A stretch of DNA of 64,000 bases. Origin: Lingula anatina (taxonomy: Eukaryota > Animalia > Brachiopoda). Shown here in pieces: positions 12,911-24,756 of this stretch. A model generated the notes under the pieces. The model worked only from the letters and a program-made list of their open reading frames with translations, was not told the DNA's origin and ran no database searches. The stretch's first letter is position 1. Every line of letters begins with the position of its first letter. The translations under genes were made by a program, and so were the position numbers. The DNA is taken from positions 34,354,401-34,418,400 of the forward strand of contig CM120641.1 of assembly GCA_051362555.1 (NCBI GenBank). The letters are read 5' to 3'.

Positions 12911-13210
12911 TTATGTCCTTTGGCAGTGAGGACAGACGTTCACTTGAATGTCATTTTCACAAACCACAGTTGGGACGTTTTCTTTTGACTTCTCCTTGGT
13001 GATTTTTCACCGGGTTGTGCCATAAAAAAGCCATCTATCACCGACTAAAAAAAGCTCATGGCGACCATCCTCAGTCACCACCTTATAATCGCTTTCTATG
13101 ATATCGTTCCCTTCCAGCACATCGTCCAAATAATTACCTGTGAAAAAATCGTCAGCATACAGCGGCGCTTTGACATAACTGATCTCGAATTCTAACGCGA
13201 AATAACGCAT
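12911..13210 (-). pseudogene. Intronless ~99-codon cargo ORF in the P-like element, with one in-frame TGA and a C-terminal CxxC
   Basis: MRYFALEFEISYVKAPLYADDFFTGNYLDDVLEGNDIIESDYKVVTEDGRHELFLVGDRWLFYGTTR*KITKEKSKENVPTVVCENDIQVNVCPHCQRT*. The frame stays open for 31 codons past the TGA at 13009-13007. An upstream in-frame ATG lies at 13303. Confidence 0.5.
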
Positions 13211-16200
13211 ATGAAATTTATCTCCAAGCTGAGGAGAGCCACGCAGACGAAACCTTGAGACCGGAGGCCCCCCGTAGCTAGCTCCGCCCACCGTAACAGA
13301 CATCGGACAATAGAAAGGCTTGCGTGTAATCTCCTTCTGTTATAACTCCTTGGGTTCACTCAATAAAACCAGCCCAGTAGTGGGAGGTGAAGACGAGAGT
13401 CCGATTTTTGGAGGAATGAGACTTGAAAGATAATAAGAGACTTAAAATTCCAAAATAAAAAACAAACTTTTTTGGTATATATAATTGTAATCCAAGTGGT
13501 GACTAGGTTTGCCATTTAGTGTTGTTCTATGGTAGAGCCTGTTATTAGAAGTTTTAGTACACAAGCTAGCAGCATATATACTCTTAAGTAAAGAATCCAG
13601 TAATGATGGATGGGGCTCACCCTCTTACCTTTCCTTATGTGATATGGACTATTTTATCACTTAATCATGGAAATTATGTTTTTTCTTTCTTTTTTTTCAA
13701 CATGCCCTTATTCTCTTAATTATACCATCACTAGTCCACGACCATTTCCACGTCTCCATCTGTCTCTGTGTTTATGTCAGAAATCTTCAGACAAGCTGAT
13801 AGACAGCTTTTGTTTCCAAATATTCTGATATTTTGCCAATTGAAGTTGATCCTTTATTTTGGTTATGCGTTAGGTTAGTCAGTATACTGGCCTAGTTTTA
13901 GGGCCCATTTTAAGATCCAATTGTAAAGTTCTTTTTTTTTTTACTTTAATGAGCCTTTTGTTTTGAACTGGGCAGATCTGGAGTGAATTTTATTGATATG
14001 GGAACAGAATTTCTTTTAGTTTATGAGTTATGTTAATAGAGAAGAATTTAAGAAAAAAGAAATGGGTCTTTGGGGAAGTGCATATAAAATAAGTAAGGAG
14101 ACCTTTTCGATGATTCTTATTTTCACGTGTGTTTTTCAGTTGTGACATTATTTACATTTCAAGTCATCCTCATATATATATATTTGTAGCTGGCAACTTG
14201 CATTTTTACAAAATTGATTTTTTAAGTCTCCAAAAAAATTTTTAAAAAAGCTCTGGTATTTACTTTGATTTGTCTTACATTATTCCTTTAAGTAAACATC
14301 AGATAGGGATTTTTTTTTTATTAAATCAAAGTTCACTGGCCAAAGAAAAATATTATTCTGTTCTGCCAATGAGACAGTAGCCCTTCTGCTTTGATACTGC
14401 ACTGATAAGACAGCTCTGCTGCTGAGAAACAGGGATATTTCATTTTGTTCTTAAATAAATAGTTAGAAGTCTACTGTAAGGTAAATGGAATGTGAATAAT
14501 GCAGTTCTTCATGTGGGATAGATGTGGGTGTTTTATACAACGATCATTTAATTCCTTATAAACTTGCATGCATGCACATGCACAGTCTATTTGAAAGGTG
14601 CAGGTGGCTTATAGATGAAATGCAGTGTGGGTTTTGTGACAACGTGCGCAGAGACGCAGCTAATTTTTCCTTATATGGCAAAATACATGATACTTGTACC
14701 TATCTACTGAAGTAGTACAGTTCATTCTCATTGAAACAGGTAGTCCATATTTCATACCATATCAGGCAACGTCAGGATAAACTCATGCCATCTGGGTACT
14801 GAAGCTGGCGGATATTTTAAAGGTTTCCTCACAGCACACCATTTGACTAATAACTGTCACATTGTTTATATACCGATAAGCTTCATAAAATGGTGACATT
14901 TTTACGACTCCAAAAAAGTAGACCTTTTTCATCACAATACAGCAAATCTAAATGGTGTCATTGTTCTAGATTACCCAAACATAACCCTGGAGTAATGGAG
15001 GAGGCATCCATTCATCCAATACATCCAAAGGCCGGATGGCAATATTTCTTGAAAATAAATTGCTCCTTTCCTAATGACAAAACAGAGCGTATGTAGTGAG
15101 GAGGCTGCTGGCTGGCAGTGATAAAGTGTATCCTGTCACTGTGGACACGCAGATTGCTGCTTGCAAGGCATACAATGTGCTAGTTGGGGCTATTTATCTG
15201 TTCATACTGTATATAGCTAGTAAAATGTCTGCCAGTGGATATTTGTGTTTCAATTTGATCAAAGTTTTTGTGGAGTATTCGATTAGTTTTGTGACTTTGA
15301 AATTGGATTAAGTGATGTTTCTCCATTTGATTGTTCATAGTTTATGCCAGGTAAGTAAAGAGGAGGCAGGTTGTTGGGATGTATTACACTGGGTATTGCA
15401 AATAGAATCTCAACCGATGTCTTTCAGTATGCCTGTGTTGCTGCAGCTGCAGGAGTCACTTTGCTCCTTAGTATAAGGGCTTTGTAGACACTGCATTTTC
15501 AGAAGTAGGTTTATTTTAGTAGGACCTTTTTGCATAGCATTATGTTGTTCACCATGTGATAAGGAAGTATTTCTGTTATAGTTACTAGAACCTTTATATG
15601 ATAAATTTTATTTGTATAATTTTGCTATTTGGACACCTCTTGTATAAAAGTGGTATTTGAACACTTCTAAATGCAAGAACTGCTTGTGTGAAAACTTTGT
15701 ATACACCTATATATGATGAAGGGTTAGTTGATATTTTTTCATTAACAGATTTCAACAGTTTAGAGCTATCCCTTTTATGATTTTTTTCATAACTTTATAT
15801 TTTTCTTTTTCACATCTGTTTTTGTCAGTGTGCATGTAATGATAACCTGCGATTCTTTCACAATTTAAATATATTTGCCCTCTAAAGTCTGCTTCTCATT
15901 CAGAAAATTTAACATCTAATAATACTTGTTATGTAATATTGCTCCAATATCAAGCCCAAATCTAGCTGTTGGTACATGCTCAGGAGGGGCCTCCACCTCT
16001 CTGATATACTACTAGTAGTTTAATATTGGTGGTGGTGGTGGGTTGTGATCATACTTTGAAATATTGTTAGCAATTTGGTGTCATTAGTGAATTGAATGTT
16101 GTATGACTTGGTGGGTGTGATAGAATTAGGCCTAGTTTACTGAGATCATTTTGACAAAAAAATTAATTAAATATTGTCACTTTTTATGGCTGCAGTTTGA

Positions 16201-17122
16201 TGATATTTTCTAAGTCACTGAGAAAAATTTAACATGTTTAGACTCAGATTAAAAAAAATCTTGTTAGTGTTGGTATTTTTTTTTCAGCAATGATTTAAAA
16301 AAGAAAAAAGAGCGAAATTTTGTCTGGTAGGTTTTATAGCCAGTGCAGGCTGCTGCCCATCATTACCAACACCCAACAAATCATCAGCATCCAAACAGCT
16401 CTGGCCAGAATATAGTGAAAAACAAGGGTCAGACGGAAACCATTCATGAAAACTGACAGCTCGCTTGGGGGCACACTGCACTCCTTACACAATACGTACC
16501 ATGCTCAGGTAGTAGAGGGTTTTTTTTTTCTCCCCTAACTGTCCATATCCAGAATTTGAGTCACCTTTACATTGTTAGAATTTGAAGTGCTTGTGTATTG
16601 CATAATGAAAGATGAATTATGGCGGACTTGAAGTCTGTTCCATGGATAGCATGAAGGCACACATAATTAGTTGGTTGGAGAGTTGGTGGAATGCACTTGT
16701 TAATGAAAATTTACCTTATTTTTACAAAAGTAATTTTAGAGTTTTAGGGTTTCTCACAAGTGAAGTTATTTTGTAGCATCAATAAGATGGATGTAAACAT
16801 CTTTTTTGTTCGTTGCCAGGTGTTCTCTATCTTATACAAATACAATGTATTAAGTACTGGCTTTCTTTATCATTATGTCATGCCCAAGAGATAGAAGCAG
16901 TAAGGTGATTATGTTCACAACTATACTATGATATCCTATAGGCATAAACAACTAGAAAGTTATTTTTACTGTGTTGTCTTCAGGGAGGACACTGACATAC
17001 TATTAAAATGGGTTGTATCAACACAAATATGGCCACAATAATTGAGGGGGGGGGGCACAAATTACAAATTAACTATTAAGTTTTTGCAAAAGCTATTGAC
17101 ATGTGTTGACAAGGCAATAGCA

Positions 17123-17123
17123 T

Positions 17124-17162
<39 letters not shown>

Positions 17163-17165
17163 TTT
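17123..17165. repeat. (TTTA)n microsatellite
   Basis: Visible tetranucleotide run. Confidence 0.9.
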
Positions 17166-19337
17166 TTGAGGAATCTAGTCTAACTGTATATTTGAGTAAA
17201 CATGGATCTAAACTATTTGGTTAAAAGAAGAGTGTATTAATGCATATGAAGGTTTAATACTTAATTTATTTCAAAATATAATGCATGTGAACCAGGTCGT
17301 ATACTGAAAAAAAATGAAAAAAGAATTGAACATTGTGAACTTCAACCTTTTTTATACACTAAAATTATTATGTGGTCAAGTTACTTGTAAAATGAATAGA
17401 AAATTGCTTTGAATTGCTCTTTAAACCACAGTAGCAGTTTCTTGTTCTGTTCTTTGAAGAATTCCATTTGTGCTGAAATATGTAACACGATTCGCACACT
17501 GAACAGTAGGACTTTTAAAAAACTAATTATTTACTAGTATATGACTCATTGAAAATGTTCTGATGAGATTTCATTCAGTTTCTATGTAGCATTTAAACTT
17601 GCCCCCTCCCTCATTTATCAGCTGTTAATTGCAGCCTTGAGTGACCCGGTTTCTCTGGGTTCCATATGTTTGGTTGTGGAAATGACAGCTTACCCAGTTT
17701 AGATATTTGCTGCAAGAGGGCAGCACTTGTCAACACGTCTAGGTCTGGTAATGCTTATTAAAATGACTGGGATTGCATGAACCATGGCAAGGTGCTGATA
17801 ACTTGAGATTGATCTTGGTTAGTGGTTTCATAAACTGTGTACTTAGGACTGAGAATGGAGGCCATGTAGGAGTACAGTACAGGTGCAAAGGAGATTTTTG
17901 TACGGGAACTTGCTGCCACCATCTCTGCTTGCTCCAATTTTTGCAGCAGCCTTCTCTAGCAGTACGCAGCACCAAGTTGACAGTGTAGGATTTTAAAAGC
18001 ATGGTAGCAATGTGGCCACTACCATAATGCAGGCTTGGTATTCAGCTACCAAATCTGACTTGACTGTTGCTCTTCTACTTGAAAACATTGATTGACTATG
18101 TAAGAAAGGTAGGGAGGCATATAAAAATTCACATCGTCTTTTCGCAACATTCATTTTTTTGTGCGTGTGAGAAGTGTCAAAACCAATAGCAAAAAAAATT
18201 GTAATAGTGGTATTCCTCCTCTGTTTTGAAGTTTTTAAAGTAAGGAGTTATAACTTTCTAGGCAGTCATGTTACACAATAAATGCTGAGAAAAATTTTAA
18301 AATGGCCCCAATCAATTTATTTTCTTCAAAACTTGTCCCTTTATTGCAATTTTCAGCATTTGTATCACAACATTGCTGCTGGAATATATGTTAATTGTAA
18401 TTTAGACAGCAAATATGTTCAGCAGTTATAGCTAAAGTTGATGTTCAACTAGAGGTCCTTTGTAAACCACGAAGCTAGCGAAAGAATAAAACTAAAGTGC
18501 TTGTGATACGGAAAGATACCCAGGTGCTTTTATCACACTAACAATCAAACTGATGAAGGAATCAGGAAAAAAGTGAACTTATTACAGTTTAGTCATCCCT
18601 ATGGTCAGGAACGGTAGGTCATTAAGTAGATAGTGGTCAGCTTAAAGGACGGAGAGAGAGTGACCTTTGGTAGTGCGTATCAGCTCAGGGTGACGGCAGT
18701 TATTTCAGGCAGATCTGAATAGATGTGCCTGCAGTGTCAGCTTAGAGATTGAATGTAATAGAATAATGTGTGAGGGAGCTTTATCTAGCTATCATGCACT
18801 GAACACCTGTGACAGAAGACATGTATTTGATTTAGCTGTTGCATGAACACATTCAAATTGGACTGATATGGTGAAACGTGTGGATGCACAGAATTTTAGC
18901 TATTCAGTTGTTGTTTCAACTGTAATTTTATTAGCACATAAAGAAGTTGATTTGACCTTTTACAGTAAGTTTCAGATTTGGATATTTTTTTAGAAAAATA
19001 AACTAGTCCTCTGTAAAGTACATTTCCACTATTTTAGAACTGTTGGTGCTTCAAGTCTCTGTGACTTCTCCTTGGGCATTTCCGCACTGCATCTTGTTAG
19101 GTACCCTTTATTCTTAGAAACTGCAGAGCGCCTAGCATCCAAATTATAAAGCCAAGTAGAATTTAACCAGCAAACCTAACTGATGTTGGGGTCAGTTGGT
19201 GCATGTTTATAGGCCTGAACCAAAATTTCAAAGAAAGTTTGAGACCATGAGAGAAAAAAGATTGACAATTGTTGCATTTGATTGGGCACTTGAAGTGAGC
19301 AACAATTTTCCTTTTTGTCTCCAATTAACAAGTAAAT

Positions 19338-19342
<5 letters not shown>

Positions 19343-19394
<52 letters not shown>
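19343..19394. repeat. (TA)n microsatellite
   Basis: Visible pure AT run. Confidence 0.95.
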
Positions 19395-19401
<7 letters not shown>

Positions 19402-19734
19402 GACAACTAGAATACTTGGTTTTCATTAGGTTTAAAGTTTGATTATCTTTATTCCCATAGAAACTGACTCACATTTGCTACAAAAGTTGCATAAGTGACA
19501 ATTGAAGATTTCACATGATATGACCTTGATTGTGACCCTTGACCTTTTTTTTCAAGGTCACTTGGTAAAGCATGCCATTATGGCAATGTGTAACCACCAC
19601 ATTCAACAGTTATGTGATTGTCTAATGCATAGATCTAAATGGTATTTAAATTGCAATTTATAGAGCTGACTGTTTTTCGGGTAAATTGGTACAATTTCAA
19701 AGATAGAACAGCTAGTATGTCTATGGCTTTATTA

Positions 19735-19991
19735 GGCTTCGTTCACATGCAATGTCTATTTTCTAAATTCTATTTTCTATTCGCGCTATCTTATGATCAC
19801 TGTCTGTGCCCTGAATATCCCGCCGCGTGATTACTGGCAGCGCGAGCCAGTTACTTATAGTAACTTATAGTAACTGGCTCGCGCTGCCAGTAATTACGCC
19901 GCGGGATATTCAGGGCACATACCGTGATCATAAGACATACCGCGAATAGAAAATAGAATTTAGAAAATAGACATTGCATGTGAATGCAGCC
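19735..19991. mobile_element. PIF/Harbinger (Tourist-like) palindromic MITE, 257 bp
   Basis: The whole element is a near-perfect inverted repeat (GGCTTCGTTCACATGCAATGTCTATTTTCTAAATTC... / ...GAATTTAGAAAATAGACATTGCATGTGAATGCAGCC). TSD TTA on both sides; GGC termini; CpGs retained. Confidence 0.88.
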
Positions 19992-22900
19992 TTACTGTCT
20001 GCAACTGCAAGACCCCATGTAAAATTTTGTGTCTACAGTAAGTGGAATTCGGAAATGGTATTAAACACCACTTTGTGATAAAGGAAAATGAAATATTTGA
20101 AAAGAAAAGAAAAGAGTTGGGTATAACTGGCACCAATCTGTTAAATAGGTTTTTCCTGGAGAGACTTCACCTATATAGAATATTGTAGAGGCGTCCTTTT
20201 CAGGAGTCTGGCCAGAAAGTAGTGAGTCTAGCTCAGAAAATGTAATAAGTGATTGATGGGTTAATGTGAACTAGTGCATATGTAGAGAAAGGCAAAGTGC
20301 CATCATAAGGACAGCAGATGAAGGCCTTGTTATTCATATACATGTGATGTTTCTCAACACCCTTAAAATGCATTTAAAATTTTTTGCACAAAACCTGACT
20401 AAATTCCACCATTTAGTTTCAATAGTATAACTTGGAGAAATACCCAAGATCATTGTTTCAATTTTCTTGGAAAAAGTGTTATCAAACCGATATTTTCTGC
20501 TTGTAAGTATACTTTCGGCTTGTGTTTCAACTTGATAATTTTCATTTATGACCCAACTACCAAGCTAATGAATGTTTTTGCTCATTTACGATATTTTCTG
20601 CTTTCTTTCTATGCTATAAGCTGTAAATATTTGATATATAATTTGAATAGGTATACAATTCCGAAATGTAAGCATATTCAAAAGTTATAAAAAATTCACA
20701 TAAAAATTGTGATAAAGATAAATGACATCCAGTTCATTAGTAACTCTTAATAATTTTCCCACAGGGAAAAGCATTTTTATTAATTCATCACGAACCTTTT
20801 AAGTTTATTAAGATATCAGTACAATATTCCCATAGAAAAGAAGCGGAATTCATCGCATGGATGGAGCATAATGTGGAGTCTCTTTTTATTGTGGTTACGG
20901 CATATAGGTGCAGGCTACAACAGATCAGTATCAGTACTAAATAGCATGCAGCAAGAGCGAGAAAAATGCAACAATATTATTCTCCCCTTTAGAAGGCCAG
21001 ATGATTTATTTAGGTGATTCTTTGAAGTGCTGGCTCTGCTAGGCTTTCATGGAGTTTGATCTTGCGTGAAGACCCAACTAAGACTAATAAAGAGTGCATT
21101 CCAGCACAGGCCCCGCACACTGTAGAAATAGCACAGTAGATCTGACATTGATTGAAAATATGTTCTTTTTTTGCGGCATATAAGTTTTTCTCCAGGGATC
21201 TATTTTTTAATAACCAGGAGAAAATGTGAAATGTGCCCCATTTTTAATTGGTAAGTATGTTGTATAAGTATATATTGAGTCAGTGAAAGTGTCGGATTCC
21301 CCCAGCTGTCAGGACCAGGTGCAGTCTCAGTAGTAAACAGTTTATTAATTCCTGAATGGTTCTGCCAGAAAAAGGAAGAGGTCCAGGTATTTTTCAGACA
21401 CATGACTGTGTCTGTTACTTCTCATCCCAAACATTTTTCATCCTGCAGTTGAAAAGAAGAGTTGAGATGGAAAATATGTCCATATAGCACTGGCTTTGCA
21501 TTCAGATGTTCCAGTACAACTTCTTGGAACACTGATTAAATCAGACTCGGATTTAGTTCCTTGGTATTTTTTTTGCATGTGAACCGTATTTGCTCAGTAC
21601 AAAACCTGAAAATAGCATGAAATAAGAGATCTTATTATGTAAATAAAATAAAAGTTTGAGTTATGGTTGAATCTCTGGTGCATTATTGTTCACATGCATG
21701 TCTGGCCCAGATTAAGAATAATGGAATTCGGAAATGGTATTGAACACCACTTTGTGATAAAGGAAAATATAGATGCCCCTATGAAGTACGTAATGCAAGA
21801 GCTCCCCCATTCACTGAACGGTTTTGGTTTATTTGCTTTTATTTTGCTGTTTGTACAAGTTTTTAAATGATTAACAATGTCCTAAGAAAAAGAAGTCAAA
21901 CCAGTTTGTAATTTTTTATGCAAAATTGATTAGGAGTTGTGTAAATTGAAGTAAGTAGCATACTCCTTGAGGCTTATAAAATGGAGACATAAGTATTGGG
22001 ACCTGTTTTGAAGTTAAGACCATTGTAGTGAAATGATAGACTCTCAGGATAGATACCACTCATGTTTGTGATGAACCAGACCTCTGGTCATAACGACAGC
22101 ATTTTTATGCAGGGTCCATTTTCATTAAGCTCACATACTCCAAACCCATTTTGCATGTACTCTTGCTCATCAGAGGTCATTGTCTTTTAAATATAACTTT
22201 TAGCTCTTCTATGCACAACATCCTATTTTGCAAACGGTGCTATCATCCAAGCTTTTGCATCTTCAGATATCAAATAATGAGTTTTCAAGACTAGCAGGAC
22301 ACTTAAGATTGCAAACCAAAAATTGTGCAAAAATTCCAGACTTTTACAAGTGTTTTGGAAAAAAACGTGAGTAAGAAAAAGAACCCTTGTTTTAAAACCA
22401 AGGGGAAAAACATATTAAGCTAAAAGACTTAACCCATCAAAGTAAACTTGGCCCTTATTGTTACTTGTTGCCTTCTGTAGCTTATGGCTCCTAGCAGAAT
22501 AAGGGCAAGCTTGACATATCCATTTAGCATCCATTATAAACATTCACCCTACTGGTTCCCTGTGCTCAACTATATCCTCATAGCCATTCTTTGTCAGTGC
22601 CACAGTCGGAGCCATGAATTGTAGATCTGGCCCCCACATTCTGCATTTCTAATGACAAAGATCTATTCAGTATCATAAGACCTGGAAAATAAAGTGTGTT
22701 GTGGTAAGCATAGATGGCTATGTTATGGGACATGATGTCGGACCCAGAGCCTGCTTCCATTCTGTACTGAGTGACCTGGTTTCGTTTTAAAGATGGCATC
22801 CACCAGGTACTGAAAAAAACTGGCAAATTAAAGGAAAAGTCAACCAAGAGTTCAACTCACTTGAACCAAACATTTGAAGAACTGTCATATTTGAAATAGA

Positions 22901-24756
22901 TTTTAACGTTTTGGAGGATCTTACCATATTGTATCGGCTGGAGCAGTGATCCCAACTTGACCCCCAGATTTTTATTCAGTTTTCAGATACTTAAAAAGCT
23001 ATGGTCTACGAAAGAACATGATGGGTAATTGTCTTTGTAGCCCCAGTAAGGTGTTTTTAAAGATTTATATGTTTTGATTGATTAAAGAACAGATTTTCCT
23101 TTTGTTAATTAATAGATTCTGTACGATTATTGTCACCATGTGGTAAAAATTCAGTGTCTAGGCATGTGGGTTGTGCTCTTGGGCTCTAAGATTAATAGTA
23201 GTCAAGATTTAGACTGATTTTTTCATATTCACATCTTATTTAAAAGGTGAAAAGGTTATAGTGTAAGTAGTCTTTTAGAGACTGAAGTCTCATATATTTT
23301 TACTTTATTTTACAATTTGTTGGCTTGCAACTTCATGTGACTGAAATATATTAGTAGTATGAGGAAATGTAGTAGTAGTGTAAGGAACTGCAGATACTGT
23401 GTCACATTCCACTTTTTTTTCCACATTTGAATGCGCCTGTACTTGGACTCCTGACATAAGAGCAAAAGTTTTGACCAGTGCCCAGTATGGCCAGAACCAT
23501 ACAGTGCTCTCTCAGTACCACAGGTGACCTCTAGCTGGACCAGAGGTGCACAGTCTTATTTTGTCACTGTGAAATTATGAGAAAAATTACCCTCAGTTAT
23601 TGTTGGAGGCATATAGTAATTAGATTAAATGTGAGATAGGTTAAGAAGCACAAAAGTTACCATTGATTAAGCTGGTCTTTTATGACAGCATAAAGTGACC
23701 ATGGACAATTCCGTCATTTGACAGTGCATTGTTGGCCTTAAAGGGGGAGTGTTGTGAAAACTTTGGTATATTTATTATTCTTAGGTAAACCAAACATTTG
23801 CACCTTTGTAGTGTGGAGACATCAAAGCTTGTAAGACTTCAGTCATTGATTTTACGAAGTAGGTCATTGATCAGGGGTTTGGTGCACCTACAGTGGGTAC
23901 TTCATGTCTCATAAGTGACTGAAACTGGAGTATCCGGTGTTGTTTTTGTGGTGCAAAATTGTGTCATTCACCTCCCAACCAGTGCTGATTCACATCTCCC
24001 GTCTAGTAGTTTAATTACTGTTTGTTTGCTGAATCATGAAAACATCATTATCAAATCAAGGCTGTTAAACCGATGGGAGACAAACAATTTCTGTGGCCAT
24101 ATAAAAAATTTAATGACTTGAACCAATTTGTGAGTAACTGCTGTGAAACTGGTACCAGCTGTGGACAAATTTATGCGGCTTCCTCTTACTGTGTGAAGGT
24201 CCGTTTGGAAAGAATAGTTTAAGACAGCAACTTATTTTCACATCAGGAAGTAAATGCTGGGTGACACACCCACCTCCTCCCCAATATGTCATCTCCCTCT
24301 CTCTGATACCCCAGTTAAGTAACTGAATCAAAAATAAGAGCCAAATCACTCAATTATCTCAGGGGTGAGAAGGAAGAAAACTTGTTGCTTTGTCCCCCTA
24401 CCTCCTAAGGCAAGGGTGAGCTGACATTCAAATTTAAGTGGTGGTGGTAGTAAGAGACCACATACAGTTGAAAACATACAAGATAAGCAGGATAGAGATC
24501 CAGACAGTGCATATTTTGTTTTATTGTAAAATTTAAAACTTTGCTTTTTGCATGTAAGCTAAGGACAATAATGCTCGTACCAATGTATTTCTTTAGTGAT
24601 TCAAATTATTTTCAAATTATGATTATTTTTCATCCATTTTATAATTTCAGGCCCAATGTAAGCTAGAGAAGAAGAGGGCTGTTTGCATTCAGATTTCCTG
24701 TACGTTGCTCTTCTGGCAGATCGCAATCTGATAGGGACAGCATGTGATTGGTTGTC

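Larger units (their letters stand above)
9462..13352. mobile_element. Non-autonomous TIR DNA transposon, P-element-like, carrying two convergent small genes
   Basis: Perfect 31-bp TIR CAAGGAGTTATAACAGAAGGAGATTACACGC (9462-9492) with its reverse complement at 13322-13352. 7-bp TSD GGTTCAC (9455-9461 and 13353-13359). CA...TG ends with a 7-8 bp TSD fit the P superfamily. No THAP or DDE transposase ORF seen. Confidence 0.9.

Noticed and set aside
16288-16509. Exon-like GC-richer block with acceptor- and donor-like sites
   Set aside because: Stops occur in all frames and the phase does not fit MAP3K; at most a UTR exon.
17739-18002. Overlapping Cys-rich ORFs on both strands
   Set aside because: No domain pattern or splice support; probably an old repeat or chance.
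18241-18254. AAGGAGTTATAAC match to the P-like TIR
   Set aside because: Only 13 bp, lacking the terminal C and a partner end; compatible with chance.
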